Assembly: GCF_009914755.1 (NCBI RefSeq)
Contig: NC_060938.1
DNA from: the human T2T-CHM13v2.0 reference genome, Homo sapiens
DNA length: 64,000 bases
Strand: one strand, 5' to 3'
Made by a program: the position numbers and the translations under genes. Positions 41,470 through 58,599 of the stretch are shown here, in pieces. The notes beneath the pieces were generated by a model. That model saw only the letters and a program-made list of their open reading frames with translations, did no database searches and was not told the DNA's origin. Numbering within the stretch: position 1 is the stretch's first letter; each line of letters starts with the position of its first letter.

Positions 41470-41968
41470 GTTTCTTTTTCTTTCTTTCTTTTTTTTTTTT
41501 TTTTTTTTGAGACAGAGTCTCGCTCTGTCGCCCAGGCTGGAGTGCAGTGGTGCGATCTCAGCCCACTCTAACCTCTGCCTCCCATGTTCAAGAGATTCTC
41601 TGCCTCAGCCTCCCGAGTAGCTGGGATCACAGGCATGCACCACCACACTTGGCTAATTTTGGTATTTTTTTTTTTTGAGACAGAGTCTTACTCCATCGCC
41701 CATGCTGGAGTGCAGTGGCGCGATCTCGGCTCAACTGCAAGCTCCACCTTCTGGGTTCATACCATTCTCCTGCCTCAGCCTCCCGAGTAGCTGGGACTAC
41801 AGGCGTCCGCCACCACGCCCGGCTAATTTTTTGGGTTTTTTTCTGTATTTTTAGTAGAGATGGGGTTTCACCGTGTTAGCCAGCATGGTCTCGATCTCCT
41901 GACCTCAGGTAATCTGCCCGCCTTGGCCTCCCAAATGGGATTACAGGCATGAGCCACTGCGCCCAGCC
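41470..41968 (-). mobile_element. Nested or chimeric Alu: AluS right arm plus AluY-like copy at the A-rich linker
   Basis: Two right monomers precede one left monomer. Confidence 0.8.
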
Positions 41969-42255
41969 CATCTCTGTGTTTCTATGTAATGCAATGAATA
42001 CTTGAGATTGGTTTTTTAAAAATCCCTTGAATTTTCAATGTTGACAATGGTGACTTTGTCAAATACATATATATATGGATCTATATATGGGTATATATGG
42101 ATATATACATGGATATAGACATAGATATCCAGTTTTCATAAAAACTAGCCAAAACTGGAAAATAAGCAAAAGAATACTGGCTGTGTTTCAGTACAGTGCT
42201 ATGCTTGAATCTTTTATTAATTTCTACTGACTATTTTACACATCTATAAGATTAA

Positions 42256-42411
<156 letters not shown>

Positions 42412-45174
42412 TGAGCAGCTGGGATTACAGGCACACACCACCACACCCAGCTAATTTTTGGTATTTTTTAGTAGAGACGGGGTTTCACCATGCTGGCCAG
42501 GCTGGTCACGAACTCCTAAACTCAGTTGATCCACCAGCCTCAGCCTCCCAGAGTGCTGGATTACAGGTGTGAGCCACCACGCCCACTGAGATGCAAGTAA
42601 TTTTTAGCCAGAGGAAAATATAACCCAAAGCCTACTCTTTTATGTTTCTTGTAGGGTATTAACTAATTCTGTATGTAACCCAACAGTCTTAATATTCCCT
42701 TATTAAATTGCCTATAAATACCTCCTCAAATTTTCATATTAAGTGACTTTAACATCTTACTAGTTCCCTCATCAATGGGCTGAATCAAAATAATTGATAC
42801 ATGTTCATTTACATTTGCATGGAAGTGATGACTTTACCTTTCTGAAAATTACGTTCTAACAGTTTTGGAGGTTCCACCAAGATGTCCAAGTGGACTAAAC
42901 TGACAGAGCCAAGTAAGCTACATTGCTGCTTTCATAGACACACAAATACCCCTTACTGAACTCTGAGCTCAGAACCGCTCTCATTTACATAAACCAAAAC
43001 CTCAAATTTTAGAATTTTTGGTTTAGATGGTATACATCTTTGGAGGGGCCTTTATTTTAACTTTGTACTCTTAGGATCCCGCATCATGTCAAGTATGTAA
43101 AATGTGTTCAATAATGGTTAAGTGAATTAATGAAGCTAGAATACACCACATGTACAATGGCAACACCAATTGAAGGAGAGAGATATTCCAATCAAATCCT
43201 AGTTGTCTTTGTAACGATCTGGTCAGCTAGAGGAAGGATGCCAAGTTCTAGATGCTCTGAATGTGAAGACAGAGACTCCCCCAAAATGGTAGAAATTCTC
43301 ATTTTACAAAGACAAGGTGGCTGATGCATACCAGAATTTAAAACTTCCTGCAAAGAAAGAGTGAACCTTTAGCTCCCTAAGAGCTACAGCTCTTAGCAGG
43401 CACTACAGACCTACAAGTTGCAATGTCCTAAATACCATAAAAGTGGACATAATCTTAATTACTTTTACCAAAATTTTTCCAAAAATATAAAAAAATTTTC
43501 CATACGTATGTATTTCAATTCTATCACAACAGTAAGTTAATAGAAAATGTTTTCTGAATTCACCTCAAAAGACCAAATTTTCTTAGATGTATTTATTTCA
43601 TAAAGAACATACTAGAACTGTGGAATATAACATAGTATCTACAAGGCACCTGAGTTCCAGGAAAACAAGCACAATATAAATGCAAAGTAATAGCACCAAA
43701 GCAATGGACTAGGATTGGATGCTAATCTTGGCTTCTCCAGCCTAACTTGAAAAAAAAAAAAAAAATCTGGGTCTGGTGCGAGGTGGTTTATGCCTGTAAT
43801 CCCAACAGTTTGGAAGGCAGAGGTGGGCGGACTGCTTGAGGCCAGAAGTTCAAGACCAGCCTGGGCAACATAGCATAACCCTGTCTCTATTTGAAGAAAA
43901 AGAAAACATAAATCTGTTTCTGGACATAAAGGATTATTAGAATCAAAGCTACCTATTGAACAAGTTATGCAACACACACCCAAATACTATTTGCTACCAG
44001 AAAGTTATAAATGGGTATATACCTGCGTCACATTGCCAACAATATAGGCCTACCTGATTACTGCACTCACACTTGTCTGTGGTCAAAGGGCTAATTACTA
44101 TCTAGGCATTTCCCCCTTTGCTTTTAATTCAGGCCAGAGTTCATTTTCACCACTCAGCACACTTTTCATTTCTTTCCCTCTCCTTACAGAATTGGGCTGC
44201 ACATGGAAGTAAGGTCAATTTAATACTTTAGCACTTGGTATACCAATGGAATAACTGTCTAGCTGCCACTAGTCATTTCTGCCAGGTTCTTTAAAAAGAT
44301 ACGACTTAGTGTTTGCCCTGAGGAAAGCAATACTTCCTTGTAAGAATTATGAAAATAAGGGAAAATCTGCAACTCTCATCGCATGAGGAAAATGTCTTTA
44401 ACTTTAAAATACACTACTTCCTTTCATTTATAGAAATTTAATGTCTGAGGATATATTTTCCAAGTATAGTCTTTTAAATTAATCTTTATTTTTTCCTTAT
44501 TTTAGAATGTATTCTTGGTTATTTTGCACAAAAGGCAGAAGAGACTAAGTCTGCATTAACGGCAAAGAAAGAAAGCCCCTGCTCAACAGGCATGACAGCT
44601 GATCACGCACCTATTCACAGTCTTTAAATGTCTTGATCTTACAGAAGGATTTATTATAAAAATGATCGTATGGTTACTACCTAAATTCACAGAGGAAGAC
44701 CGCCACCATCTACAGGAAAGATGCACCCTAGCAATGCACCCAAACATGAAAGACTGATTTGCAGGAGTTGCCCCTTTCTTGTTCCTTAAAATGATTTCAA
44801 GTCCTAAATCGCAATTTGGTCGTGAAGACACTGAAGACACTGACCAAATTTTCTAAGGGTAATCTCTTGTAAACAGGTAAGACACCGTTTGCAGGAAGTG
44901 GGAAGGCGCTTTAAATTTACCTTGAGAACTGTAAAATGAATAAGAATATTATGACTCACTGACATTTCACACATGTGAAACATCCATATTACAAAAAACC
45001 ATTGCCTCATAAGTGGATACCCTTGACAAGCAAACCGCCTAGGGGGAACACTCCCAAAGAACTTAATTAAAAGTAATTACCCGGCCTGAAAATGTGCTTT
45101 TGTTTTAGAAACTGTCTAAATACCAGCGGGACTTTCTCTTGCCCGATTCCAGCCTGAGGACAACAAATTGGTCA

Positions 45175-45861
<687 letters not shown>

Positions 45862-45925
45862 TCAGGGGTACAGCTGGCCCAGCCCCGCCCCGACTCCCGC
45901 TACGGCCGCGGCGGGCGGTGAGCAG

Positions 45926-45943
45926 CGGCGGCGGCGGCGGCGG
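45926..45943 (+). repeat. (CGG)6 / (GCC)6 trinucleotide repeat upstream of the SOS2 ATG
   Basis: cggcggcggcggcggcgg read directly. Confidence 0.95.
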
Positions 45944-47479
45944 CTGCTCGTCTCCTCATCGCCTCCTCCCCGCCCTCCCAGCCGACAGCGCCGCCCGGCC
46001 CTGCCCACTCGAGTCACCTCCACAGAGCTCTGGGGACCGACCCGGAGTGCGCGTCGGGCGAGCGAGCCTCGCTATGGCGCGCACAGCGCTGGCCGCCGTT
46101 GCTGCCCCTTTAGCAGCAGCGCAGAGTGCCTTGGGGTCGCCGCTGAGCCCTGAGTCCCAGCAGCCGAGGCTCGGCCCGCCCCCTCGGCCCGGCGCTCATT
46201 ATCCCGAATAGCCCAAGAGGCCTAACACGGAGCATGCGCGCCGCGGAGCAGGCACAGGCGCCAGCCCGGCGCGGGGGTGCGGGGCCTGGGGCCCCGGGGG
46301 AGTCCGCTTTTCCCGAGACTGTGCTGGGGGCCGCTCCAGACTCTTCAGTTTGACTGCTTTTTACCCATATGCTCCCTCCTCTCGACCTGCTTAAGACAAT
46401 CCGGACTCGGTGCCACTCTTGTAGCGCTGGAGCCCCAGGACTACCGTCGTGGGAGGCTGCATAGGGACGTGGAGAGAAAGGGGCATTCGGGCTGGACAGG
46501 ATATTTAACGTATTTGTGCTCTACGTGGCTTGTTTTCATGAGTACCGTATGTTTACACAAAGTAGGTACTATATATAATATATCGTTAGGAGATACAGTA
46601 ACTATTTCTTAGGGTGATGGTGTGGGGACCGAGAGATGAGGCGTGGAAAGCCCTTAGCCTGGTGGTAGGGTCAGAAGGGGCAGATGACAGTGACGTTGAT
46701 CAAGCTTGAATTGAAAGGTCCTTCACTTGCACGGGCCCCTGTGCGTTCACAAAATCATATCGTTTTTACAAAACTTTCAAGATATTTTCGAATTGTTTTC
46801 TTAATCGTGTCATCCAAATTGTGTAGGCTTCAGGTCCTACAAAACCTGGATCGGCGTCTAGGAAACACTCATTAGCAACCCAGAAAAGATCCTGACAAGC
46901 TTTTCAATCCAAAGAGGCATAGGCTCTGGTAACTCATTACCACAAATTTCATCCCACTAAAGAGGCTGAGCACATTACTTTTAACAGGTTGTAAAGAAGA
47001 TATTTTACTCCCTGTCCCTAGCCACCAGCAGTGAGAAAGGGAAAAGACGAACAGGGTACAAAAAATAAGTCAGTACTACAATTCAGTTCCGGCATCAGTA
47101 GCTGAGCAATTATTCTCCCCAAAACATGCACCACTTTTTCATTTGGGCAAAATCAGAATGGCAGAGTTGGAAAATAAGATTATTTTTCTAATCCACTAAA
47201 GTATCCACTAAATCAAGAACATCCTCTAATAAATGGCCATATCCATTCACATGTACTTGGGATAAAAGGTGGGATGGTAAAATGCTTGTATTTCTCCCAT
47301 TAATGTTTCAGTCTGTGAGAGCGAAGACTTTGGCTTATATAGAGGGTCCTTACTTTTCTCTCCTGTTCCCAGACTCCAGCTATAAACTACTGTGCTGTCA
47401 AACTACTAGACCATGTATGTTCTCTTTACTCATAGGAGAGTAAACTTGTTAGAAATCTCATTCTTGGCTAGGAATATCA

Positions 47480-47800
47480 GAAGGCTTTTCTGGGCCAAGT
47501 CAGGCCTGAAGACATATTTTGTTTAGCTAAGGCTGTATTTAAATTTAATTGTTAACATTTTAAAATCAAGAGGCTTCATATAAAAATGTATATTTTCAGC
47601 TTCTCTTGACAAAGATCTGGCAACACTGGGACCTACTGCATTCGTGCAAGAGAGTAATCAGCAGGCACCGGGTAGTGGCTGCCCTCTTTATAAAAATATG
47701 CCATCCATTTCCAGTTGGCTATACTTCCCACCTGGCACTCTTCACCCTTTTATGTAACTTGCCTAGTCTCTACAGGCATCTGAGTTCTGATGTCTGGGCT
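47480..47800. mobile_element. MER102-like hAT-Charlie relic
   Basis: ttcatataaaaatgtatattttcagcttctcttgacaaagatctggcaacactggg. Confidence 0.65.
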
Positions 47801-48179
47801 GAGCAAACAGAAATATGATCCACGTGCATGTGGAGGATAGTCCAAGAATGACAGCAGTAAAAAGTTTCCCATTCAGGGCCGGGCGAGGTGGCTCACACCT
47901 GCAATTCCAGCACTTTGGGAGGCCGAGGCGGGTGGATCACCTGAGGTCGGGAGTTTGAGACCAGCCTGACCAACATGGAAAAACCCCCTCTCTACTAAAA
48001 ATAACAAAACTAGCTGGGCAAGGTGGCGCATGCCTGTAATTCTTAGCTACACGGGAGGCTGAGTCAGGAGAATCGCTTGAACACGGGAGGTGGAGGTTGT
48101 GGTGAGCTAGATCACGCCATTGCACTCTAGCCTGGGCAACAAGAGCAAGACTCCGTCTCAAAAAAAAAAAAGTTTCTCA

Positions 48180-49700
48180 TTCAGACAAATGGGCTATCTA
48201 GAAAAAATGTTGGATCCATACCCTATACAATACACTAGCAAAAACTCCAGATATGTCAAAGATTTAAATGTAAACAATAAAACCATACAATGATTCATTT
48301 ATAACCTCAGAACGGAAAAAGACACTTTCACTATGACACAAGATCTAAAAGACCGATAAATTCAATTTTTATAAATGTATGAGCCGGGCATGGTGGTACA
48401 TGCCTGTAATCCCAACAACTCCAGTGGCCGAGGTAGAAGCATAGCTTGAGGCCAGGAGTTGAAGACCAGCCTGGGCAACACAGTAAGACCCTGTCTCTTT
48501 AAAAAAAAAAAAAAAAAAAAAAGGGCAAAAAAAATCACCAGATAAGCCAAAAGGAAAATGACAAACTGGAAAAAATAGCAGCAACTCATTTTTGTGGGTT
48601 TTTTGTTTGTTTGTTTGTTTGTTTGAGATGGGGTCTTACTCTAACTCAGGCTGGATTGCAGTGCAGTGGCATGATCTTGGGTCACTGCAACCTCCGCCTC
48701 CTGGGCTCAAGTGATCCTCCCACTTCAGCCTCCCGAGTAGCTGGAATCACAGGCACGTGTCACCATGCCCGGCTAATTTTTTGTATTTTTGGTAGAGACA
48801 GGGTCTCACCATGTTGCCCAAGCTGGTGCAATTCATTTTTGTAGTTAATTTCAGTAAAATATAAAAGAGCTCCTACAAATTAAAAGGCTAAAATTCAATA
48901 AGAAAAACAAAGGGGCCAGGCACAGTGGCTCAACACCTGTAATCCCAGCACTTTGGGAGGCCGAGGCAGGAGGATCCCTTGAGCCCAGGAATTGAAGACG
49001 AGCCTGGGCAACATAATGAGACCCCATCTCTATAAAAAAACTTTTTAAAAAATTTAAAACAAAAAAAGAAAAAAGAAGACATACAAATGGCAAATGGGAT
49101 ATGACAAGGTGCTCAACATCATTGATCATTAGAGAAATGCAGATCAAAACTACAATAAGATATCATCTCACCCCAGTTAAAATGGCCTATATCCAAAAGA
49201 CAGATAATAACAAATGCTGTTGAGGATGTGGAGAAAAAGATAATTCTCTTTTGGGGGTTATACTGTTATCATTTTTCACCTATTAGAATAGCACAGATGA
49301 AAAAGTTTGATTACACACTATGATGGTGAAGATATGAGGAAACAAGCATTCTAATATATTGTAAGTGTATTAGGACTATAAATTGTTTCAACTTCTGTCA
49401 AGGGGAACTAGATAATATCAAAGTTTCTCTTTGACCTAGCAAATTCTAGGAATATGTCCTGTAGATATACTTGCTCTTATATGAAGTCACTTAGAGACAA
49501 GGTTATTCATTGCAGTGTTGTTTATTATACCAGAAGTAAAGCAAAACAAAAAACGCCCTAGAAATAAACAGTTTAAATAATCATCAGTAGGAATAGGGGA
49601 CTAGTTCAATAAATAATAGTAAATCCATACAGTGGAACCTATAAAGTTATTTTAAAATAACCAGGCCTCTGTGGAACATTATCTAAGATATGCTGCAAAA
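48180..49700 (+). mobile_element. Old L1 3' fragments split by Alus
   Basis: gtgctcaacatcattgatcattagagaaatgcagatcaaaactacaataagatatcatctcaccccagttaaaatgg. Confidence 0.8.
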
Positions 49701-49815
49701 TGAAAAGTGCAGGATGTATAGTACTGCAAGTATGGTTCCTCATATATATATATATATAAGGAATGCAGCATTTTATTATATAAGCATTTGACTCAAATAA
49801 TTTCTCTGCATTTAC

Positions 49816-50191
49816 CGTATTGGTCTGTTCGCATGCTGCCAATAAAGACATACCCAATACTGGGTAATTTATAAAGGAAAGAGGTTTAAACAACTCACAA
49901 TTCCACAGGGCTGGGGAGGCCTCAGGAAACTTTACAATCATGGTGGAAGGGGAAGCAAACATGTCCTTCTTCACATAGCGGCAGCAAGGAGAAGTGCTGA
50001 GCAAAAGTGGGAAAAGGCCCTTATAAAACCATCAGATTTTGTGAGAACTCACTATCATGAGAACTGCAGCATGGGAGTAATCGCCCCCATGATTCAATCA
50101 CATCCTACCGGGTCCCTCCCATGACACTTGGGGATTATAGGAACTACAATTCAAGATGAGATTTCGGTGGGGACACAGCCAAACCATATCA
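49816..50191 (-). mobile_element. THE1C/D-type MaLR solo LTR
   Basis: - strand begins TGATATGGTTTGGCTGTGTCCCCACC; carries the GGGGAGGCCTCAGGAAAC segment; about 375 bp. Confidence 0.92.
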
Positions 50192-50725
50192 GCAAGGCTA
50201 CAAAGATTTTTGTTGCCACAGGGATGAAAACTGGGTGGCTGGAGATGAAAGGGAGATTTTTCACCGTGTACCTTTTTGTGACTTTTGTTGTTGTTGAGAT
50301 GGGGGTCTTGCTATGTTGCCCAGACTGGTCTAAAAACACCTGGGCTCAAGAGAGCCTCCCTCCTTGGCCTACCAAAGTAGTAAGATTATAGGTGTCAGCC
50401 AACTTTGTCTAGACCCCTTATTGTGACTTTTGAATTTGCAACCACATAAAAATGGCACTTATTCAAAACACTAATTAAGAGTTATTTTTAATGAAAAATT
50501 TCCAGTCTAACTATAAACTTTTGCTTCAAGTGTTAAAAAATAAAAAATTAGGCTGGGCGTGGTGGCTCATGCCTGTAATCCCAGCATTTGGGAGGCTGAG
50601 GCGGGCAGATCACCTGAGGTCAGGAGTTTGAGACCAGCCTGGCCAAAATGGTGAAACCCCGTCTCTACTAAAAATACAAAAATTAGCCAGGAATAGTGGT
50701 GGGTGCCTGTAATCCCAGCTACTCA

Positions 50726-50830
<105 letters not shown>

Positions 50831-50879
50831 TCAAAAAAATAAAAATAAAACAAAAAAATGCAAGTATTAAACACACTGA

Positions 50880-51271
<392 letters not shown>

Positions 51272-52330
51272 TGACAGATTGTAATTTTGCTTCCCTTTTT
51301 AAATTAATTTTTTTTAAGAGACAGGGTCTCGCTCTGTCACCCAGGCTGGAGTGCGGTAGCGTGATCATACTAGCTCCCTGCAGCCTTGAACTCCTAGGCT
51401 CAAGGGGTCCTCCTGCCTCAGCCTCCCAGGTAGCTAGGACTACAGGTATGCACCACCAAGCCCAGCTAATTTATTTTGTAATTTGTATTTTTTTTTTTTT
51501 TTAAGAGATGGGGGTCTTGTTCTGTTGCCCAGGCTGGTCTTGAACTCCTGGTCTTAAGCGATCCTCCTGCCTCGGCCTTCCAATGTACTGGGACTGCATG
51601 AACCACTGCATGAACCACTGCACCCGTTACAGGCATGAACCACTGCACCTGGCCTTTACCTTTTTTTTAATTTAGAAAGGATTTGGGGAAAATGTGAATG
51701 ATCCAAGCCCAATTAAAATGTTAAAAGACAGTTAGAAATTTACCACTAATATTCTCCCACTTGAAAACATTTTCAAGAAGGACTTACTCAACATTTCTTC
51801 CATTTACTCTCTCATACTTCCTCAATTTATTTAAAGCTACAAGTGCTACCAGTCAATAGCAAAGCAAAGCAACGCCACAGGAAACAATAAATGTTGTTAT
51901 CACTCACTTTCATGGGTTGCTGCCATAGCCAGCTCGGTCCTCTCACAGCCACCTGCCTGAAAGAAGTTGAAGCAGGCCCTCAGACAGGCCTTTGTCCTCT
52001 GACCCTTATGGGAGGCTCATGCCCAACCCCCTGTAAGAGACAGCATACCTAAAAGGTCTTCCCAAGAGGAACTATAATTTTGTATGAAACTCCAAAAGAT
52101 CGATTTAAAAGTATGCCTCCCCACTCCCCACAAAAAAGGCATTGTATGTTTATATGTTACATACAACGTGCTATTGAGCAAAAAGAGTGTTTTCTGGTTC
52201 TCCAAGGTATGAAGATGCCACCGAGGTCATCCAAATATTGCCACCACCACCAGGTGGAAAGTCATTGTACGTGGGGGAAGTAGCTGTTCCAAACACCATC
52301 TCCTATAATCAAGGTGAAAGGGCAAAGCAT

Positions 52331-54287
<1,957 letters not shown>

Positions 54288-54847
54288 AAAATAAATTTAT
54301 TTTTGTTTAGCTAGAATGGATTCTATTCTCTTCCAACTGAACCCAAAATAATAAACCAAACAGGGCAAACCCCCTCTCTCTGGGGTAGGTTTATACTACT
54401 GTGTTAGTTTATATCACTAACTCACAACAAAGTGTTGTTTTGTTCTGTGATTACTATATTCACTGATAACCAAACTTCAGTTTTTTGACCCAAATATATA
54501 ATCATTTACTCTCTACTTGAAAAAACAGTGTGATTCTTTGGTGTTATCCATTGATGTGATTTCTGGAAGCTGAGTAGCCTAGAATGACCCTCCAGATTCC
54601 CTTCAACTCTGTGGTTCTCACCTACCATATCCACTCTTAGAATAAATGCCATCACTATATGACTTTCATAGGAAGTTTCCTTCCAGAGGAAACTACTATT
54701 CTCTCAATTAGAAATGCTGGTAGAACCTTGAAATCCTCAATGTCGCATCAACTCTTTTAAAATAACATTTAACACTAGGCTTTTTCTTTAATTCCAGAAA
54801 ACTTACCAAGTAATTCTGGAGAGAATTCAAAAATAAAAGTATATTCA

Positions 54848-56332
<1,485 letters not shown>

Positions 56333-56689
56333 TTAAAAAATAAACTGATATCCCTAAAAGACATCTCTTATATTCCCAGTGGACAAATTTACAGAAAATT
56401 AAACCTGAAAGGCGTAAAAGAAACAACCACTGCTGTAGCCATTTCATTGTGCTTCAGAGCAACAAAGTTAAAAGAGGTTTTTCTAAAGATACAGTTTTAA
56501 GCAGAAGTTGGCTGAAATTCAAGGTTCTCTAGTGAGAGAGGTCCCTCTGTTATCATTGTCCCTCAGGTCTTTCCTAATATTCAAAATTGGGCTTCCTGAG
56601 CAACCCAAGACCTGCCATCTCTTGCCATATCTAAAAGGTAAATTTTCTCATTTTATCCCAGGGACAAAAGAAACTTAAAATAAGATAAC

Positions 56690-56695
56690 TTTAAT
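56690..56695 (-). terminator. L2HGDH: Candidate distal poly(A) signal (ATTAAA) of L2HGDH
   Basis: tttaat on +; U-rich sequence follows on the - strand (TTATTTTAAGTTTCTTTTGT). Confidence 0.5.
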
Positions 56696-57899
56696 GTGAG
56701 ATCCTTCCCATAAGCAGAAAATACAAGCAATTAACAACATCAACAACAACAACAAACCCACAATACTTTCTAGGATTTGAGGCCAGAAAAGTAGAGTTGG
56801 TTGGTATCAACACTGTTCTTCCCTTCAGGGCTTCAGGGTTTATTTCCATTCTTAAGCTATTTAATGAGTACAAACTATTTGAAAACATCTCGAGGCAGCT
56901 TTTGCTTTCCCAACCATTTCACCCTGTCCTTCTACCTTAAGCCCTGATGAAGAGATTTCAAAAACTCCCTTTGAGTGTGTTAGAAAAGCTTAGAAACTGA
57001 CTTTACGATTACAACTCAAAAATGTTTACAAGATCTTTAGATAATAGTGTATGCGCAGAAAGATGAGGAAACCTCTGACCAAGAAGTCTAGACACAGATT
57101 AAGGGCCCAGGAGGGCAGAGCCAGTCCTTAAACAATATAGACACCATGTCTCCTGTGTTTACAGGGATAGCTCATAGGTACAGCCATCAGGGTTGGATTG
57201 CCTCCAAAAGTAGGCCCTACAAACTCCCGTAGGCCAGGGCCTGGCAGTATACCCCATTCTCACCACCATCCTTTGAAGAAAGTTCTAAGAGTTAAGGTTA
57301 TCCCACAGGCTACTAGGTAGATTTCCAAATGGCCTCAGGGAAAGTGGAATTCTGCCAACAGTAAAGGCAACTCCCCAAACAGTGCTAATGCTGAGAGGAT
57401 CAAGGGAAGGACTTTGATATACACATATATGTATGGATAAAAGAGTTAAGCTACGTAACATGAAACACCAAAAATATACTTGCTGGTACATCAAGAGTTC
57501 CTCACAAACACTCTGAAGTTAAAATCTAAAATGCTCCACTTTTTACCCAAAATATAAATGACTCAACCTCATTTTGTATTATATACTAACACAGAAATGA
57601 GTTTTTTAAAAAGGTTGGCTGCTATCTATCTAAAGCAAACAGTTTATGTTTTACACATAAAAAAATTTATTTGCATAAAAGTTTTTATGGAACTAAAAAA
57701 TATGTTCTCTACAACACCAAGGCTCATTAAAATATTTTAAATATTAATATACATTTCTTCTGTCAGAAATACATAAAACTTTATTATATCAGTATTAAAC
57801 AAAAAAACCCTATTGACATACATATAAAACGTTTTACAAGCAGAATAACCTACATATTCAAAACACTTTCAACAAATTTTTCATTTTTATTTTTCAGGG

Positions 57900-57903
<4 letters not shown>

Positions 57904-57937
<34 letters not shown>

Positions 57938-58599
57938 TATTATTATACTTTAAGTTTTAGGGTACATGTGCACAATGTGCAGGTTAGTTACATATGTATA
58001 CATGTGCCGTGCTGGTGTGCTGCACCCATTAACTCGTCATTTAGCATTAGGTATATCTCCTAATGCTATCCCTCCCCCCTCCCCCCACCCCACAACAGTC
58101 CCCAGAGTGTGATGTTCCCCTTCCTGTGTCCATGTGTTCTCATTGTTCAATTACCATCTATGAGTGAGAACATGCGGTGTTTGGTTTTTTGTTCTTGCGA
58201 TAGTTTACTGAGAATGATGATTTCCAATTTCATCCATGTCCCTACAAAGGACATGAACTCATCATTTTTTATGGCTGCATAGTATTCCATGGTGTATATG
58301 TGCCACATTTTCTTAATCCAGTCTATCGTTGTTGGACATTTGGGTTGGTTCCAAGTCTTTACTATTGTGAATAGTGCCACAATAAACATACGTGTGCATG
58401 TGTCTTTATAGCAGCATGATTTATAGTCCCTTGGGTATATACCCAGTAATGGGATGGCTGGGTCAAATGGTATTTCTAGTTCCAGATCCCTGAGGAATCG
58501 CCACACTGACTTCCACAATGGTTGAACTAGTTTACAGTCCCACCAACAGTGTAAAAGTGTTCCTATTTCTCCACATCCTCTCCAGCACCTGTTGTTTCC
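57904..58599 (-). mobile_element. 5'-truncated L1PA2/PA3-like element (ORF2 C-terminus and 3'UTR), tail turned into (TA)n
   Basis: ORF 58147-58518 is the ORF2p C-terminus (PFDPAIPLLGIYP...KKMWHIYTMEYYAAIK); GAG rather than the Ta ACA diagnostic; TSD TTTTCAGGGTATT at 57891-57903 and 58600-58612. Confidence 0.95.

Noticed and set aside
42066-42130. Degenerate TATATATGG repeats
   Set aside because: Ordinary decayed TA-rich low-complexity tract
52244-52260. CTCF-like CCACCAGGTGGA
   Set aside because: Lacks the conserved C after GG; not supportable without ChIP data
58147-58518. Open 123-aa ORF
   Set aside because: C-terminal fragment of L1 ORF2p in a 5'-truncated element
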